A stretch of DNA of 64,000 bases from positions 1 to 64,000 of the IMG/VR virus record IMGVR_UViG_3300035670_000059. The stretch is one strand, 5' to 3'. The DNA comes from a virus. Position numbers and translations under genes: made by a program. The notes below the pieces were generated by a model. It was not told where the DNA came from. It saw only the letters and a list, made by a program, of their open reading frames with translations, and made no database searches. Of the stretch, positions 37,981-47,161 are shown one piece after another; position 1 is the stretch's first letter, and every line of letters begins with the position of its first letter.

Positions 37981-38556
37981 ATGGCAAAACAAACTTTAAG
38001 CGAAGAATTTCGCAGAATGCAAAAACTAGCAGGTATCATTACCGAAGAGCAATATTTAAATGAAAATATTGAACAATTTGAAGATTATATATCTGGTATG
38101 TGGGATGCTAGTGTAAGCGATGAAATGGAAGAAGGAGAATATTTTGAAGGTGTATGGGAGAAAGAAGAATATGGAGATGAAGAAGCATACCCTAATGCTG
38201 ATGAATTTAATGCTCTATCAAAATATCTAGCTTCTGTAGGTGGTAAAGATACTTTAGAAGGTAATCCTGACATTAACGTAGAATTACTCCCTAATGGAGA
38301 TATTAAGTTTGGAGCTACTGTAACTTTTGATGAATCATCAGATGAAGGATATAAATTTGACCCCGCATCTTTCTTTTCAGCTATGGGTAGTAATGACCCA
38401 ACGGCTAAAGCTTTTATTCAAAATGTAAGAAATGCAGCTAAAGCTGATGTAGTAGATAGATATTTTATTGTAGATAAGCTAAAAAAGTACGCTCAAACCA
38501 ACCCAGAAGCTAAAGATAAACTTGAAGCTGCTATTGAATTTATATATAAAGGATAA
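37981..38556 (+). CDS. acidic protein with scaffold-like RMQKLAGI leader, flanked by 45-bp repeats
   Basis: MAKQTLSEEFRRMQKLAGIITEE..YLNE. Confidence 0.75.
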   Translation: MAKQTLSEEFRRMQKLAGIITEEQYLNENIEQFEDYISGMWDASVSDEMEEGEYFEGVWEKEEYGDEEAYPNADEFNALSKYLASVGGKDTLEGNPDINVELLPNGDIKFGATVTFDESSDEGYKFDPASFFSAMGSNDPTAKAFIQNVRNAAKADVVDRYFIVDKLKKYAQTNPEAKDKLEAAIEFIYKG

Positions 38557-38564
38557 CTAAAATA

Positions 38565-38619
38565 AACATACAGACCGATTCATAGCCGGTCGCTCGAAAG
38601 AGACAAAAACTATGCAGCT
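38565..38619 (+). ncRNA. 45-bp repeat copy 2 forming a predicted H-type pseudoknot
   Basis: P1 GACCG/CGGTC; loop CATAG pairs with CTATG (38610-38614); CTC-GAAA-GAG hairpin. Confidence 0.55.
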
Positions 38620-38656
38620 GTGGCGCAATTCAACTTGGATTGCGTCACTTCTTTTC
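38620..38656 (+). terminator. intrinsic terminator overlapping next promoter
   Basis: GTGGCGCAATTCAA/TTGGATTGCGTCAC hairpin then TTCTTTT. Confidence 0.65.
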
Positions 38657-38665
38657 GTATATTTA
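38634..38665 (+). promoter_or_regulatory. Bacteroidota-type promoter
   Basis: CTTG-N20-TATATTTA. Confidence 0.75.
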
Positions 38666-38685
38666 CAAATAATTTATAATGCAAC

Positions 38686-38760
38686 ATGAAACAAGATAAA
38701 ATCGTAATTGTAGGAGCTGGAGTAGCAGGAATTAATGCCGCAACTAAATATTTATTATAA
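38686..38760 (+). pseudogene. orphaned 5' end of the FAD oxidoreductase gene
   Basis: MKQDKIVIVGAGVAGINAATKYLL*; 38719-38749 identical to 39232-39262. Confidence 0.85.
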
Positions 38761-38769
38761 ACTACCGCC

Positions 38770-39165
38770 ATGATAAAATTAACAAATTTACTAAAAGAGA
38801 CTCAATTAGAACAGTATAGGAAAGGTACGGGATATAAATTAACTAAAGCTCCCGATCCTGATGAAATACTAAAAGATATAAAGGATATTAATGGATACCT
38901 AGATCTATCTAGAAGTAACATAACTACTCTCCCAGATCAATTAGAAGTTGATGGTTATTTGAGTTTGTCTAATACTAAAATTCAATCTCTTCCAAAAGGA
39001 TTAGTAGTAAGAGGAGATTTAGATTTGCTCAATTGTAAAAATATTAAATCATTCCCATCTGATTTAATTGTTAACGGAAATCTTGTTTTAAACTCCAAAA
39101 ATTTTAATAAAGAAGAATTAAAAAAACAACTTCCTAATGTTAATAATGTTATAATAATGTCTTAA
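38770..39165 (+). CDS. leucine-rich-repeat-like protein with cargo-type leader
   Basis: LDLSRSNITTLP..LxVxGxL repeats; MIKLTNLLKE. Confidence 0.8.
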   Translation: MIKLTNLLKETQLEQYRKGTGYKLTKAPDPDEILKDIKDINGYLDLSRSNITTLPDQLEVDGYLSLSNTKIQSLPKGLVVRGDLDLLNCKNIKSFPSDLIVNGNLVLNSKNFNKEELKKQLPNVNNVIIMS

Positions 39166-39198
39166 CAGCATTTGGGTATAAATGGAAATATAAATAAT

Positions 39199-40497
39199 AT
39201 GAAAGAACAGAAAATTTTAGTAATTGGAGCAGGAGTAGCAGGAATTAATGCCGCAACTAAATTAGTAGACAACGGATATCCTGGAGAATTAATTAATATA
39301 ATCGATAAAGGTAGTGACCCATATAATCGCCAACCTGAAGAAGTAATGTGTGGTTTTGCAGGTGCGGGCGCGTGGAGTGACGGCAAACTAACCTATCATA
39401 CCGCTATTGGAGGACAATTATCCAAATATTGTGGAGAGGATAAAGCAATGGAATTGATGGATCAAGTAATCGCTAACTTTAGACGTTTCCACCCTAAACC
39501 CGAAGAAATTTTTTGTTCGGATCCACAAGAGGAACCCGAGTTTATTAAACCATATTTTGGCTTAAGAATGTTCCCTGTATGGCACATTGGCTCTAATTTC
39601 CTACATGAAATCGCTAAAGCGTGGTATCAATATTTAGTTGGTAAAGGCGTTAGATTTGAATGGGAAACTCAAGTTGAAGATATTGACTTTAACAATAACA
39701 GAGTTTATACCCACAATGCTGATCTAAAGTATGATACACTTATATTTGCGGTAGGTAAATCTGGTATTGATTTTGCTCAAGAATTAGCCCAACAATATAA
39801 TCTACCAGATGAGCCTAAACCAGTACAAATTGGTGTTCGATTTGAAGCACCACAGAAACACTTTCAAAAGCTAATTGATGTATCTTACGATTTTAAATTG
39901 TATCGTAAGTTTGAGGACACAGGTATTTCGCTTCGCTCATTCTGCACAAATAATAACGCTGCTTACGTAGCAGTAGAGGAAACATACGGAAATGTGAGCT
40001 ACAATGGCCACGCTAAGAAGGGCGAGGAATTCCGCAACGACATGACCAATTTTGGTATCTTGATGGAAATTCCAGGTATTGAAGATCCATTTGAATGGTC
40101 TAGAAATTTAGTATCTAATGTAAACACTAGTGGAACTGGTTTATACTATTCTCCTTCTAGACGTCCATCTTTAACCTCTGAAGGCGAAACAGTATCTGCA
40201 GTTGCCTTTAGTTCTAGAGAATTAGAAAATATTATTAAACCAGCATTTAAAGGATATTTTAAATATATTGAAGATTTTATTGAAGATATGAAGAAAGTGT
40301 TCCCAACACTTGAAAACGACTATGGAATATATGTACCGGAAGTCAAATATCTTAGTCCAGAAGTAAAAGTAGACTATTCAAATTTATCTCTTATAAATTA
40401 CCCTAACGTCCATTTTGCTGGAGATGCTCTATCTGCAAGAGGTATAACTGTAGCGGGAAGTCAAGGTATTTATATAGCTGAAAGTCTTTTAAAATAA
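39199..40497 (+). CDS. FAD-dependent oxidoreductase (COG2509-like)
   Basis: IGAGVAG, GFAGAGAWSDGKL, RSFCTN, HFAGD; ATG at 39199. Confidence 0.88.
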   Translation: MKEQKILVIGAGVAGINAATKLVDNGYPGELINIIDKGSDPYNRQPEEVMCGFAGAGAWSDGKLTYHTAIGGQLSKYCGEDKAMELMDQVIANFRRFHPKPEEIFCSDPQEEPEFIKPYFGLRMFPVWHIGSNFLHEIAKAWYQYLVGKGVRFEWETQVEDIDFNNNRVYTHNADLKYDTLIFAVGKSGIDFAQELAQQYNLPDEPKPVQIGVRFEAPQKHFQKLIDVSYDFKLYRKFEDTGISLRSFCTNNNAAYVAVEETYGNVSYNGHAKKGEEFRNDMTNFGILMEIPGIEDPFEWSRNLVSNVNTSGTGLYYSPSRRPSLTSEGETVSAVAFSSRELENIIKPAFKGYFKYIEDFIEDMKKVFPTLENDYGIYVPEVKYLSPEVKVDYSNLSLINYPNVHFAGDALSARGITVAGSQGIYIAESLLK

Positions 40498-40542
40498 ATC
40501 GACTTTAATGTCTGGGACGCATATTTATAATAAAATAATAAT

Positions 40543-41190
40543 ATGCGTCCTTACATTTATTTGGTTAAAAATCAACAAAATAAAATAGTTTATATTGGTC
40601 AACAAATTGGAACTAAATCCTTAAATGAATACAAAGGTTCTGGTTTACTGTTAAATAGAGCCTACAACAAATATGGTGAAAATTATTTCAAACGAGAAAT
40701 CATTGAATATTGTAATGTGGATGAATTAAATGATAAAGAAAAATTATACATAAAACAATATAATACAAAATTTCCACATGGATATAATTTAACCGAGGGT
40801 GGTGATGGAATGAAGGGATACACATATAACAATAATCAAAAACAAAATATATCTAATGCTAAAAATGGGCAAAAATATCCTAAAGAACATGGCGAAAAAA
40901 TAAGACAAGCTAAATTAGGTAAAAAACGAGATCTCGAAACTATAAATAAAATAATTCAAACTAAAGCATCCAAACATAATATTAAAATAGATTTAACTTT
41001 AAAAAACCAATCTAGAAGCAATTCTCAAAAAACAATACTGCAATATGATCTCCAAAATAATCTATTAAACGAATACCAATCCGCTCAAGAAGCAGGTAGA
41101 TGCTTAGGAAAATCAGGAAATAGTATAGCAGATTGTGCCTCCGGAAGACAATCCACAGCTTATGGTTTTGTTTGGAAATACAGAGAATAG
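40543..41190 (+). mobile_element. free-standing GIY-YIG homing endonuclease with NUMOD3/NUMOD1-like C-terminus
   Basis: YIY..VYIGQ, YKGSG, GYNLTEGGDG, ILQYDL..TAYGFVWKY; TATTTATA at 40522. Confidence 0.85.
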
Positions 41191-41202
41191 ATCGTATATT
41201 TA
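41171..41202 (+). promoter_or_regulatory. Bacteroidota-type promoter
   Basis: TTTG-N20-TATATTTA overlapping end of endonuclease gene. Confidence 0.75.
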
Positions 41203-41224
41203 ACATTGATAAAAATATTGAATT

Positions 41225-41488
41225 ATGAGCAATACTAAAAAACCAATCGTAGTTAAAAGACTAAAGAAAGCTGATGGTACCATCGCTCACATTAAAGATG
41301 GTAAATTGCATAACTGGGACGGCCCTGCTTTAATCCCACAAGGTGATAAAAAATTAGCCGAATACTACATTCATGGAATCCAGTACACCAAAGACCAATT
41401 TGAACAAGCTCATAGAGATCAAGAAGGTTTGCCGTGGTACAAAAACCCATCAATGAAATCTCAATTGGAAGACGGTTACCGTAACTAA
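41225..41488 (+). CDS. hypothetical protein (GKLHxxDGPA repeat family)
   Basis: DGKLHNWDGPALI..EYYIHG. Confidence 0.75.
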   Translation: MSNTKKPIVVKRLKKADGTIAHIKDGKLHNWDGPALIPQGDKKLAEYYIHGIQYTKDQFEQAHRDQEGLPWYKNPSMKSQLEDGYRN

Positions 41489-41492
41489 ACGT

Positions 41493-41912
41493 ATGAAAAA
41501 AATGGTTATAGTGAGCGGGTATTTTAACCCACTCCATAAAGGTCATCTTGAACTGTTCCATAGAGCAAAAGATTATGGTCACAAGTTATTTGTAATAGTT
41601 AACTCTGATCATCAACGTTTACTTAAGGGATCAAAGGAGTTTCAATCTGAGTTGGAGCGTCTAATAATTATACGTAACTTAAGAGTTGTAGATAATAGTA
41701 TGATTTCTATTGATAGAGACAAAACACAATGTGCTACTCTTAAATATCTTTCAGATGTTTTGGGGGGAGAATATAAACTTGCATTTGCAAACGGTGGTGA
41801 TCAAAGTAATGATACTATTCCAGAAACACAGGTTTGCGTTGATAATGAAATAGAATTGATTGATGGATTGGGAGCTAAAGTTCAATCATCAAGTTGGCTA
41901 TTAAACAAATAA
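41493..41912 (+). CDS. cytidylyltransferase-like protein (HxGH family)
   Basis: SGYFNPLHKGH, VIVNSD, FANGGD, QSSS. Confidence 0.88.
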   Translation: MKKMVIVSGYFNPLHKGHLELFHRAKDYGHKLFVIVNSDHQRLLKGSKEFQSELERLIIIRNLRVVDNSMISIDRDKTQCATLKYLSDVLGGEYKLAFANGGDQSNDTIPETQVCVDNEIELIDGLGAKVQSSSWLLNK

Positions 41913-41916
41913 GAAT

Positions 41917-42447
41917 ATGAAGATAGGATTGACAGGAACAATGAGTGTAGGAAAAACTACATTAGTTAAGGCATTAAAAAAATTACCACAATTTAAGAAT
42001 TATAAATTTGCTACTGAACGTTCAAAATATTTAAGAGATTTAGGTATCCCATTAAATACTGATTCTACATTAAAAGGTCAAACCGTGTTTTTGGCTGAAC
42101 GTTGTGCTGAACTAATGCATGATAATCTAATTACAGATCGAACTATTATTGATGTTATAGCATTTACTAAAAGTGCTAAATCAATTAATGTGTTAGATAA
42201 AGATGAATTTGAACAATATGCTTCTCTGTTTGTGGGAGAATATGATTATATATTCTATATTTCACCTGAAGGATTACCTATAGAAGATAATTCAGTTAGA
42301 GAAACTAATGCTGAATATAGGGATTTAATTGACTTTAACATACAACATTTATTGCAATCACATTCTCATAGATTTAAATCTATGTATGCTATCAGTGGTT
42401 CAACCCCGGAACGAATACAGCAGATTCTGAATGTTATCAATCTCTGA
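41917..42447 (+). CDS. AAA_28/NadR-type nucleoside/nucleotide kinase
   Basis: GTMSVGKTT, TDRTIID, EDNSVR. Confidence 0.8.
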   Translation: MKIGLTGTMSVGKTTLVKALKKLPQFKNYKFATERSKYLRDLGIPLNTDSTLKGQTVFLAERCAELMHDNLITDRTIIDVIAFTKSAKSINVLDKDEFEQYASLFVGEYDYIFYISPEGLPIEDNSVRETNAEYRDLIDFNIQHLLQSHSHRFKSMYAISGSTPERIQQILNVINL

Positions 42448-42482
42448 TATATTTATAACAAAATATAAATATTTATCCGACC

Positions 42483-42959
42483 ATGAAAAAATCAGAATTA
42501 AAGAAATACATTAAAGAACAAATTGTTAATGCTCTATCTGAGGTAACTGTAGTAGATAAACTTACATCCACAGATGAAATTCCTCAAATCGCTAAAGACG
42601 AGAAAAAAGAAGTATCTACAGTAAAAAAAGCAGTTGATGCTGCTAAGACATCTGGTAAATCTGTAACTATAGCTGAAAAAGATGAGGATGATGTAGAAGT
42701 AGAAGACAACTGGTATAAATCTAAGGATGAAGATGGGGATAAAGATAAAGAACCATCTAAAGCAGATTTGAAAAAAGATGCTAAAGCCACTAAAGGTATA
42801 GCTAAGGCAAAAGATGAATTAGCTGTCTTAGCTAGAGAAATGAAATCTTTAGCTAAAAAATACAAAGAAGCTGAAGGTGCTGCTAAAGAAAAAATCGTAG
42901 CTGATTTGAAAGAAAAAACTAAACTTAAAAAAGAACTAGAGGCAATTCTAGACAAATAA
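42483..42959 (+). CDS. charged putative internal head protein
   Basis: MKKSELKKYIKEQIVNALSE leader; TATTTATA at 42450. Confidence 0.7.
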   Translation: MKKSELKKYIKEQIVNALSEVTVVDKLTSTDEIPQIAKDEKKEVSTVKKAVDAAKTSGKSVTIAEKDEDDVEVEDNWYKSKDEDGDKDKEPSKADLKKDAKATKGIAKAKDELAVLAREMKSLAKKYKEAEGAAKEKIVADLKEKTKLKKELEAILDK

Positions 42960-42960
42960 A

Positions 42961-43329
42961 GTGAAATATTTCAATATATTAGTTGTAATAGGGGTTTGCA
43001 TTTTTATTTTATTTTTCTTTAACAAAAAAGAAGATTACGTTGAAGAATATAATCTAAAAATTGAAAAACTAGATGAAAAGGTCGATTCGCTACAAGATGT
43101 GAACGATGATTTGTCTTTAAAAATTGATACCTTAAACATACAAATATCTAAATTGGATCAAGAACTTGATTTAAAAGATAACAGTATAAATACCTTAAGA
43201 AATGAAGTTAATGAAAAAGTTAGTAGTGTTGATAGCTATACTGATGATGAGCTCAAAGAGTTTTTCACAAACCGCTATCGATTCTACTTTGATTCGCTTA
43301 GAAAAACCAATAGCTCGTCTAGTAATTAA
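42961..43329 (+). CDS. i-spanin-like protein
   Basis: N-terminal TM plus coiled coil; overlaps next gene. Confidence 0.55.
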   Translation: MKYFNILVVIGVCIFILFFFNKKEDYVEEYNLKIEKLDEKVDSLQDVNDDLSLKIDTLNIQISKLDQELDLKDNSINTLRNEVNEKVSSVDSYTDDELKEFFTNRYRFYFDSLRKTNSSSSN

Positions 43330-43615
43330 AGATCTTATAGTAGGGGATGGTACAAAACAAGAACTATCCCTTACACAAGATAAAGTTAAATTGCTAGAAC
43401 AGAAAATTGTATTTAAGGATAGTATCATTACAAACCTAAACACTCAGATATTTAACTATAAATCTATTATAGACACCCGATCTGAACAGTTAGCTTTATC
43501 TCAAGAGCTATCACGTAAATTGCAAAACGATTTAAAAAAATCACAAATTAAAAATAAAATGGTTGCAGGTACTGGAATCTTAGGTATATTGGCGGTACTA
43601 TTTATTTTAAAATAA
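43202..43615 (+). CDS. secreted coiled-coil protein with C-terminal hydrophobic tail (possible spanin partner)
   Basis: Signal peptide ending SFS|Q, C-terminal GILGILAVLFIL; 128-nt overlap with upstream gene. Confidence 0.55.
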   Translation: MKLMKKLVVLIAILMMSSKSFSQTAIDSTLIRLEKPIARLVIKDLIVGDGTKQELSLTQDKVKLLEQKIVFKDSIITNLNTQIFNYKSIIDTRSEQLALSQELSRKLQNDLKKSQIKNKMVAGTGILGILAVLFILK

Positions 43616-43621
43616 AATAAT

Positions 43622-45196
43622 ATGTCCAATCCCAATATAAAGGAGATAATAAAACAAGAATATATAAAGTGTTCCCAAGATCCGGTTCACTTTATGCGCA
43701 AATATTGTTATATCCAACATCCACAAAGGGGTAGAATACAATTTAACCTATACCCATTCCAGGAAAAGGTACTTACCCTATTTAAAAAACACGACTACAC
43801 TATTCTACTAAAATCCCGTCAGCTAGGTATTTCTACTTTAGCTGCAGGATATGCTACGTGGTTAATGCTTTTTCATAAAGATAAAAACGTACTAGCTCTA
43901 GCAACTACTCAAGCAACTGCTCGTAACATAGTATCTAAGGTAAAATTCATGTGGGAAAATTTACCCTCGTGGTTAAAAGTAGATGCAGTAGAAAACAATA
44001 AACTGTCACTACAACTAGTCAACGGATCTAAAATACAAGCTAAATCTTCAAATTCCGATTCCGCACGATCAGAAGCAGTATCTTTGCTAATAATAGATGA
44101 GGCAGCCTTCATCGAAAATATTGGTGAAACATGGGCTTCCGCTCAACAAACCCTAGCAACTGGTGGTGGTGCTATTGTATTATCTACCCCTTATGGTACT
44201 GGAAACTGGTTCCACCAAACATGGGTTAAAGCAGAATCTGCAGAAAACGATTTTGTTCCTATCAAATTACCATGGATGGTCCACCCAGAACGAGATCAAA
44301 CATGGAGAGATAGACAGGATGAACTATTAGGTGATCCTAGATTAGCAGCACAAGAATGTGACTGTGATTTTTCTACCTCTGGAGATATTGTGTTCTACAA
44401 TGAATATTTAGAGTATTACGAAAAAACATTTATTAAAGACCCACTAGAGAGACGAGGTGTAGACCAAAACCTATGGGTATGGGAATCACCATATTACACT
44501 CGAAGCTATATAGTAGTAGCTGACGTAGCCCGTGGTGATGGTAAAGATTATTCTACATTCCACGTTATAGATGTAGAATCAAATGTGCAAGTAGCAGAAT
44601 ATAAAGGTCAAATTGGCACTAAAGAATTTGGACATTTATTAGTAGGCATAGCTACAGAATATAACGAAGCATTACTAGTAATAGAAAATGCTAATATTGG
44701 ATGGGCAACTATACAAGTAGCAATAGATAGAAATTATTCCAATCTCTATTATTCTCCCCGTGCCGAGGCAAATGCTGATTCGTATTTTGACAAATATATG
44801 GATACCTCAAAAGCAGTAGCAGGATTTACAATGTCGGCTCGTACCCGCCCTATGGTGGTAGGTAAGTTCCAAGAATATATCTCCGAAAAATCTGTAACTA
44901 TCCAATCAAAAAGATTGATAGAAGAAATGAAAGTATTTATCTGGAAAAATGGTAGAGCAGAAGCACAACAAGGTTATAACGATGACTTGGTAATGGCTTT
45001 TGGAATAGCAATGTATATTCGAGATACAGCTTTGAAATACAGACAAAGGGGATTAGATTTAACACGCAGTGCACTAAACAATATATCAGTTAATAGAACT
45101 TCATATCAAGGAGCGTATTACGCTAGTAAAGATGACAATCCTTACCAAATTGAAAATCCATATGGTGGGAAAGAAGATATAAGCTGGCTACTTTAA
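43622..45196 (+). CDS. terL: terminase large subunit (T4 gp17-like)
   Basis: LYPFQ, KSRQLGIST, LIIDEAAF, STPYG, ADVARGDGKDYS, NDDLVMA. Confidence 0.95.
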   Translation: MSNPNIKEIIKQEYIKCSQDPVHFMRKYCYIQHPQRGRIQFNLYPFQEKVLTLFKKHDYTILLKSRQLGISTLAAGYATWLMLFHKDKNVLALATTQATARNIVSKVKFMWENLPSWLKVDAVENNKLSLQLVNGSKIQAKSSNSDSARSEAVSLLIIDEAAFIENIGETWASAQQTLATGGGAIVLSTPYGTGNWFHQTWVKAESAENDFVPIKLPWMVHPERDQTWRDRQDELLGDPRLAAQECDCDFSTSGDIVFYNEYLEYYEKTFIKDPLERRGVDQNLWVWESPYYTRSYIVVADVARGDGKDYSTFHVIDVESNVQVAEYKGQIGTKEFGHLLVGIATEYNEALLVIENANIGWATIQVAIDRNYSNLYYSPRAEANADSYFDKYMDTSKAVAGFTMSARTRPMVVGKFQEYISEKSVTIQSKRLIEEMKVFIWKNGRAEAQQGYNDDLVMAFGIAMYIRDTALKYRQRGLDLTRSALNNISVNRTSYQGAYYASKDDNPYQIENPYGGKEDISWLL

Positions 45197-45222
45197 CAAT
45201 ATTTATAACAATAATTAACAAT

Positions 45223-47124
45223 ATGGCAAACACAGGCTTATTTAGTAGACTACAACGATTATTTTCAACAGATGTAATCATCCGAAATGTTGGGGGTAAT
45301 CAAATTAGTGTAATGGATACTAATCAAATCCAAACCAACGGGGAAATTCAAACTAACTCCCTTATGGACAGGTACAATAGAATCTATTCTACTAATCCAA
45401 GCTCACTGTACGGTTCTCAATTCAACTTCAACTACAAGTACTTAAGACCCCAATTATATTCAGAATATGATGTAATGGATCAAGACGCTATTATAGCTTC
45501 TGCTTTGGACATTATAGCTGATGAATGTACTTTGAAAAACGATATGGGCGAAGTATTATCTATTCGCTCTTCTAACGAAAATATTCAAAAAATTCTATAC
45601 AACTTATTCTATGATGTTTTAAACATCGAATTTAACTTATGGGCATGGGTTAGACAAATGTCTAAATATGGTGACTTTTTCCTTAAGCTAGAAATAGCAG
45701 AAAAATATGGTGTGTATAATGTAATTCCCTACACTGCATTCCACATTGAAAGATTAGAAGGATTTAATCGCAACAATCCATCTGAAATTAAATTTAGATA
45801 TTCACCTGATGGGCTAGTAAATGCCAATTCTGGACTATATGCTGTTACAGGACAAGGTACAGACCAAACCGGTGGTGTAACATTTGATAACTACGAGATG
45901 GCCCACTTTAGACTAATTGGAGATACCAATTACCTTCCATATGGTCGTTCATATATTGAACCAGCTCGTAAACTATTCAAGCAATATACTTTGATGGAAG
46001 ATGCGATGTTGATCCATAGAATCGCTCGTGCCCCAGAAAAACGTATATTCTATGTAAACGTAGGTTCTATTCCACCAAATGAAGTAGATGCATTCATGCA
46101 GAAAACTATTTCAAACATGAAACGTACTCCATATGTTGATAAGCAAACTGGAGACTACAATTTGAAATACAATATGCAAAACATGATGGAGGATTTTTAT
46201 ATCCCAATTCGTGGAAATGATACAACAACTAAAATTGAAACCACCAAAGGTTTAGATTACGATGGTATCCAAGATGTTGAATATCTAAGAAATAAACTAT
46301 TTGCTGCCCTTAAAGTACCTAAAGCATTTTTAGGGTATGACGAAAATATAGAAGGCAAAGCAACATTAGCAGCCGAAGATATTAGATTTGCTCGTACAAT
46401 TGATCGTATTCAACGTATTCTAGTATCAGAACTTAACAAAATTGCTCTAGTACACTTATATTCTCAGGGGTATAGAGATGAGGCGTTGACAAACTTTGAA
46501 TTGTCTATGCAAACTCCTTCTATTATATTTGAACAAGAGAAAATTGAGTTGATGAAATCTAAAGCTGAACTAGCTCAATCATTACTAGAACAAAAACTAT
46601 TACCTACAGATTGGATTTACGACAATATATTCCACTTATCTGAAGACCAGTACGATGAATATAGAGATCTAATTAGAGAAGATGCTAAACGAGCATTCCG
46701 AGTTACCCAAATTGAAAACGAAGGTAATGACCCAGTTGAAAGTGGCAAATCTTATGGTACCCCACACGATTTAGCTTCTTTATATGGTAAAGGTAGAATG
46801 GATTCTGATCCTAAGAATGTTCCAAGTGGATATGATGAAGATGAAACATTAGGTAGACCAAAAGATTCCATTTCCAAAATTGGAAAACAAGATAGTAATT
46901 TTGGTAAAGATCGTTTGGGTGTTAAGAGAATGAAAGATACTGATAAAAACGATTCACTAGATAGCCGTACAGATACTAACAAAAGTGGTATGGCCCTTGA
47001 AAATGCTCAAGTTGCTTACTTGAAAAATAAAGACATTTTTTCTAAAATGGACAAGAAAAAACTAATATTTGAGCAAGACAAAGACGATACTTCGTTACTA
47101 GATGAAAACCAGTTGAGGGGATAA
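45223..47124 (+). CDS. portal protein (T4 gp20-like)
   Basis: LMEDAMLIHRIARAPEKRIFY, MMEDFYIP.R, LFAALKVPK. Confidence 0.95.
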   Translation: MANTGLFSRLQRLFSTDVIIRNVGGNQISVMDTNQIQTNGEIQTNSLMDRYNRIYSTNPSSLYGSQFNFNYKYLRPQLYSEYDVMDQDAIIASALDIIADECTLKNDMGEVLSIRSSNENIQKILYNLFYDVLNIEFNLWAWVRQMSKYGDFFLKLEIAEKYGVYNVIPYTAFHIERLEGFNRNNPSEIKFRYSPDGLVNANSGLYAVTGQGTDQTGGVTFDNYEMAHFRLIGDTNYLPYGRSYIEPARKLFKQYTLMEDAMLIHRIARAPEKRIFYVNVGSIPPNEVDAFMQKTISNMKRTPYVDKQTGDYNLKYNMQNMMEDFYIPIRGNDTTTKIETTKGLDYDGIQDVEYLRNKLFAALKVPKAFLGYDENIEGKATLAAEDIRFARTIDRIQRILVSELNKIALVHLYSQGYRDEALTNFELSMQTPSIIFEQEKIELMKSKAELAQSLLEQKLLPTDWIYDNIFHLSEDQYDEYRDLIREDAKRAFRVTQIENEGNDPVESGKSYGTPHDLASLYGKGRMDSDPKNVPSGYDEDETLGRPKDSISKIGKQDSNFGKDRLGVKRMKDTDKNDSLDSRTDTNKSGMALENAQVAYLKNKDIFSKMDKKKLIFEQDKDDTSLLDENQLRG

Positions 47125-47161
47125 GATTTCTTTAATATTTATAAACAAATATATTTCTTTG

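Noticed and set aside
37926-38609. 45-bp repeats as a CRISPR array
   Set aside because: Only two copies, separated by a whole gene; no cas genes.
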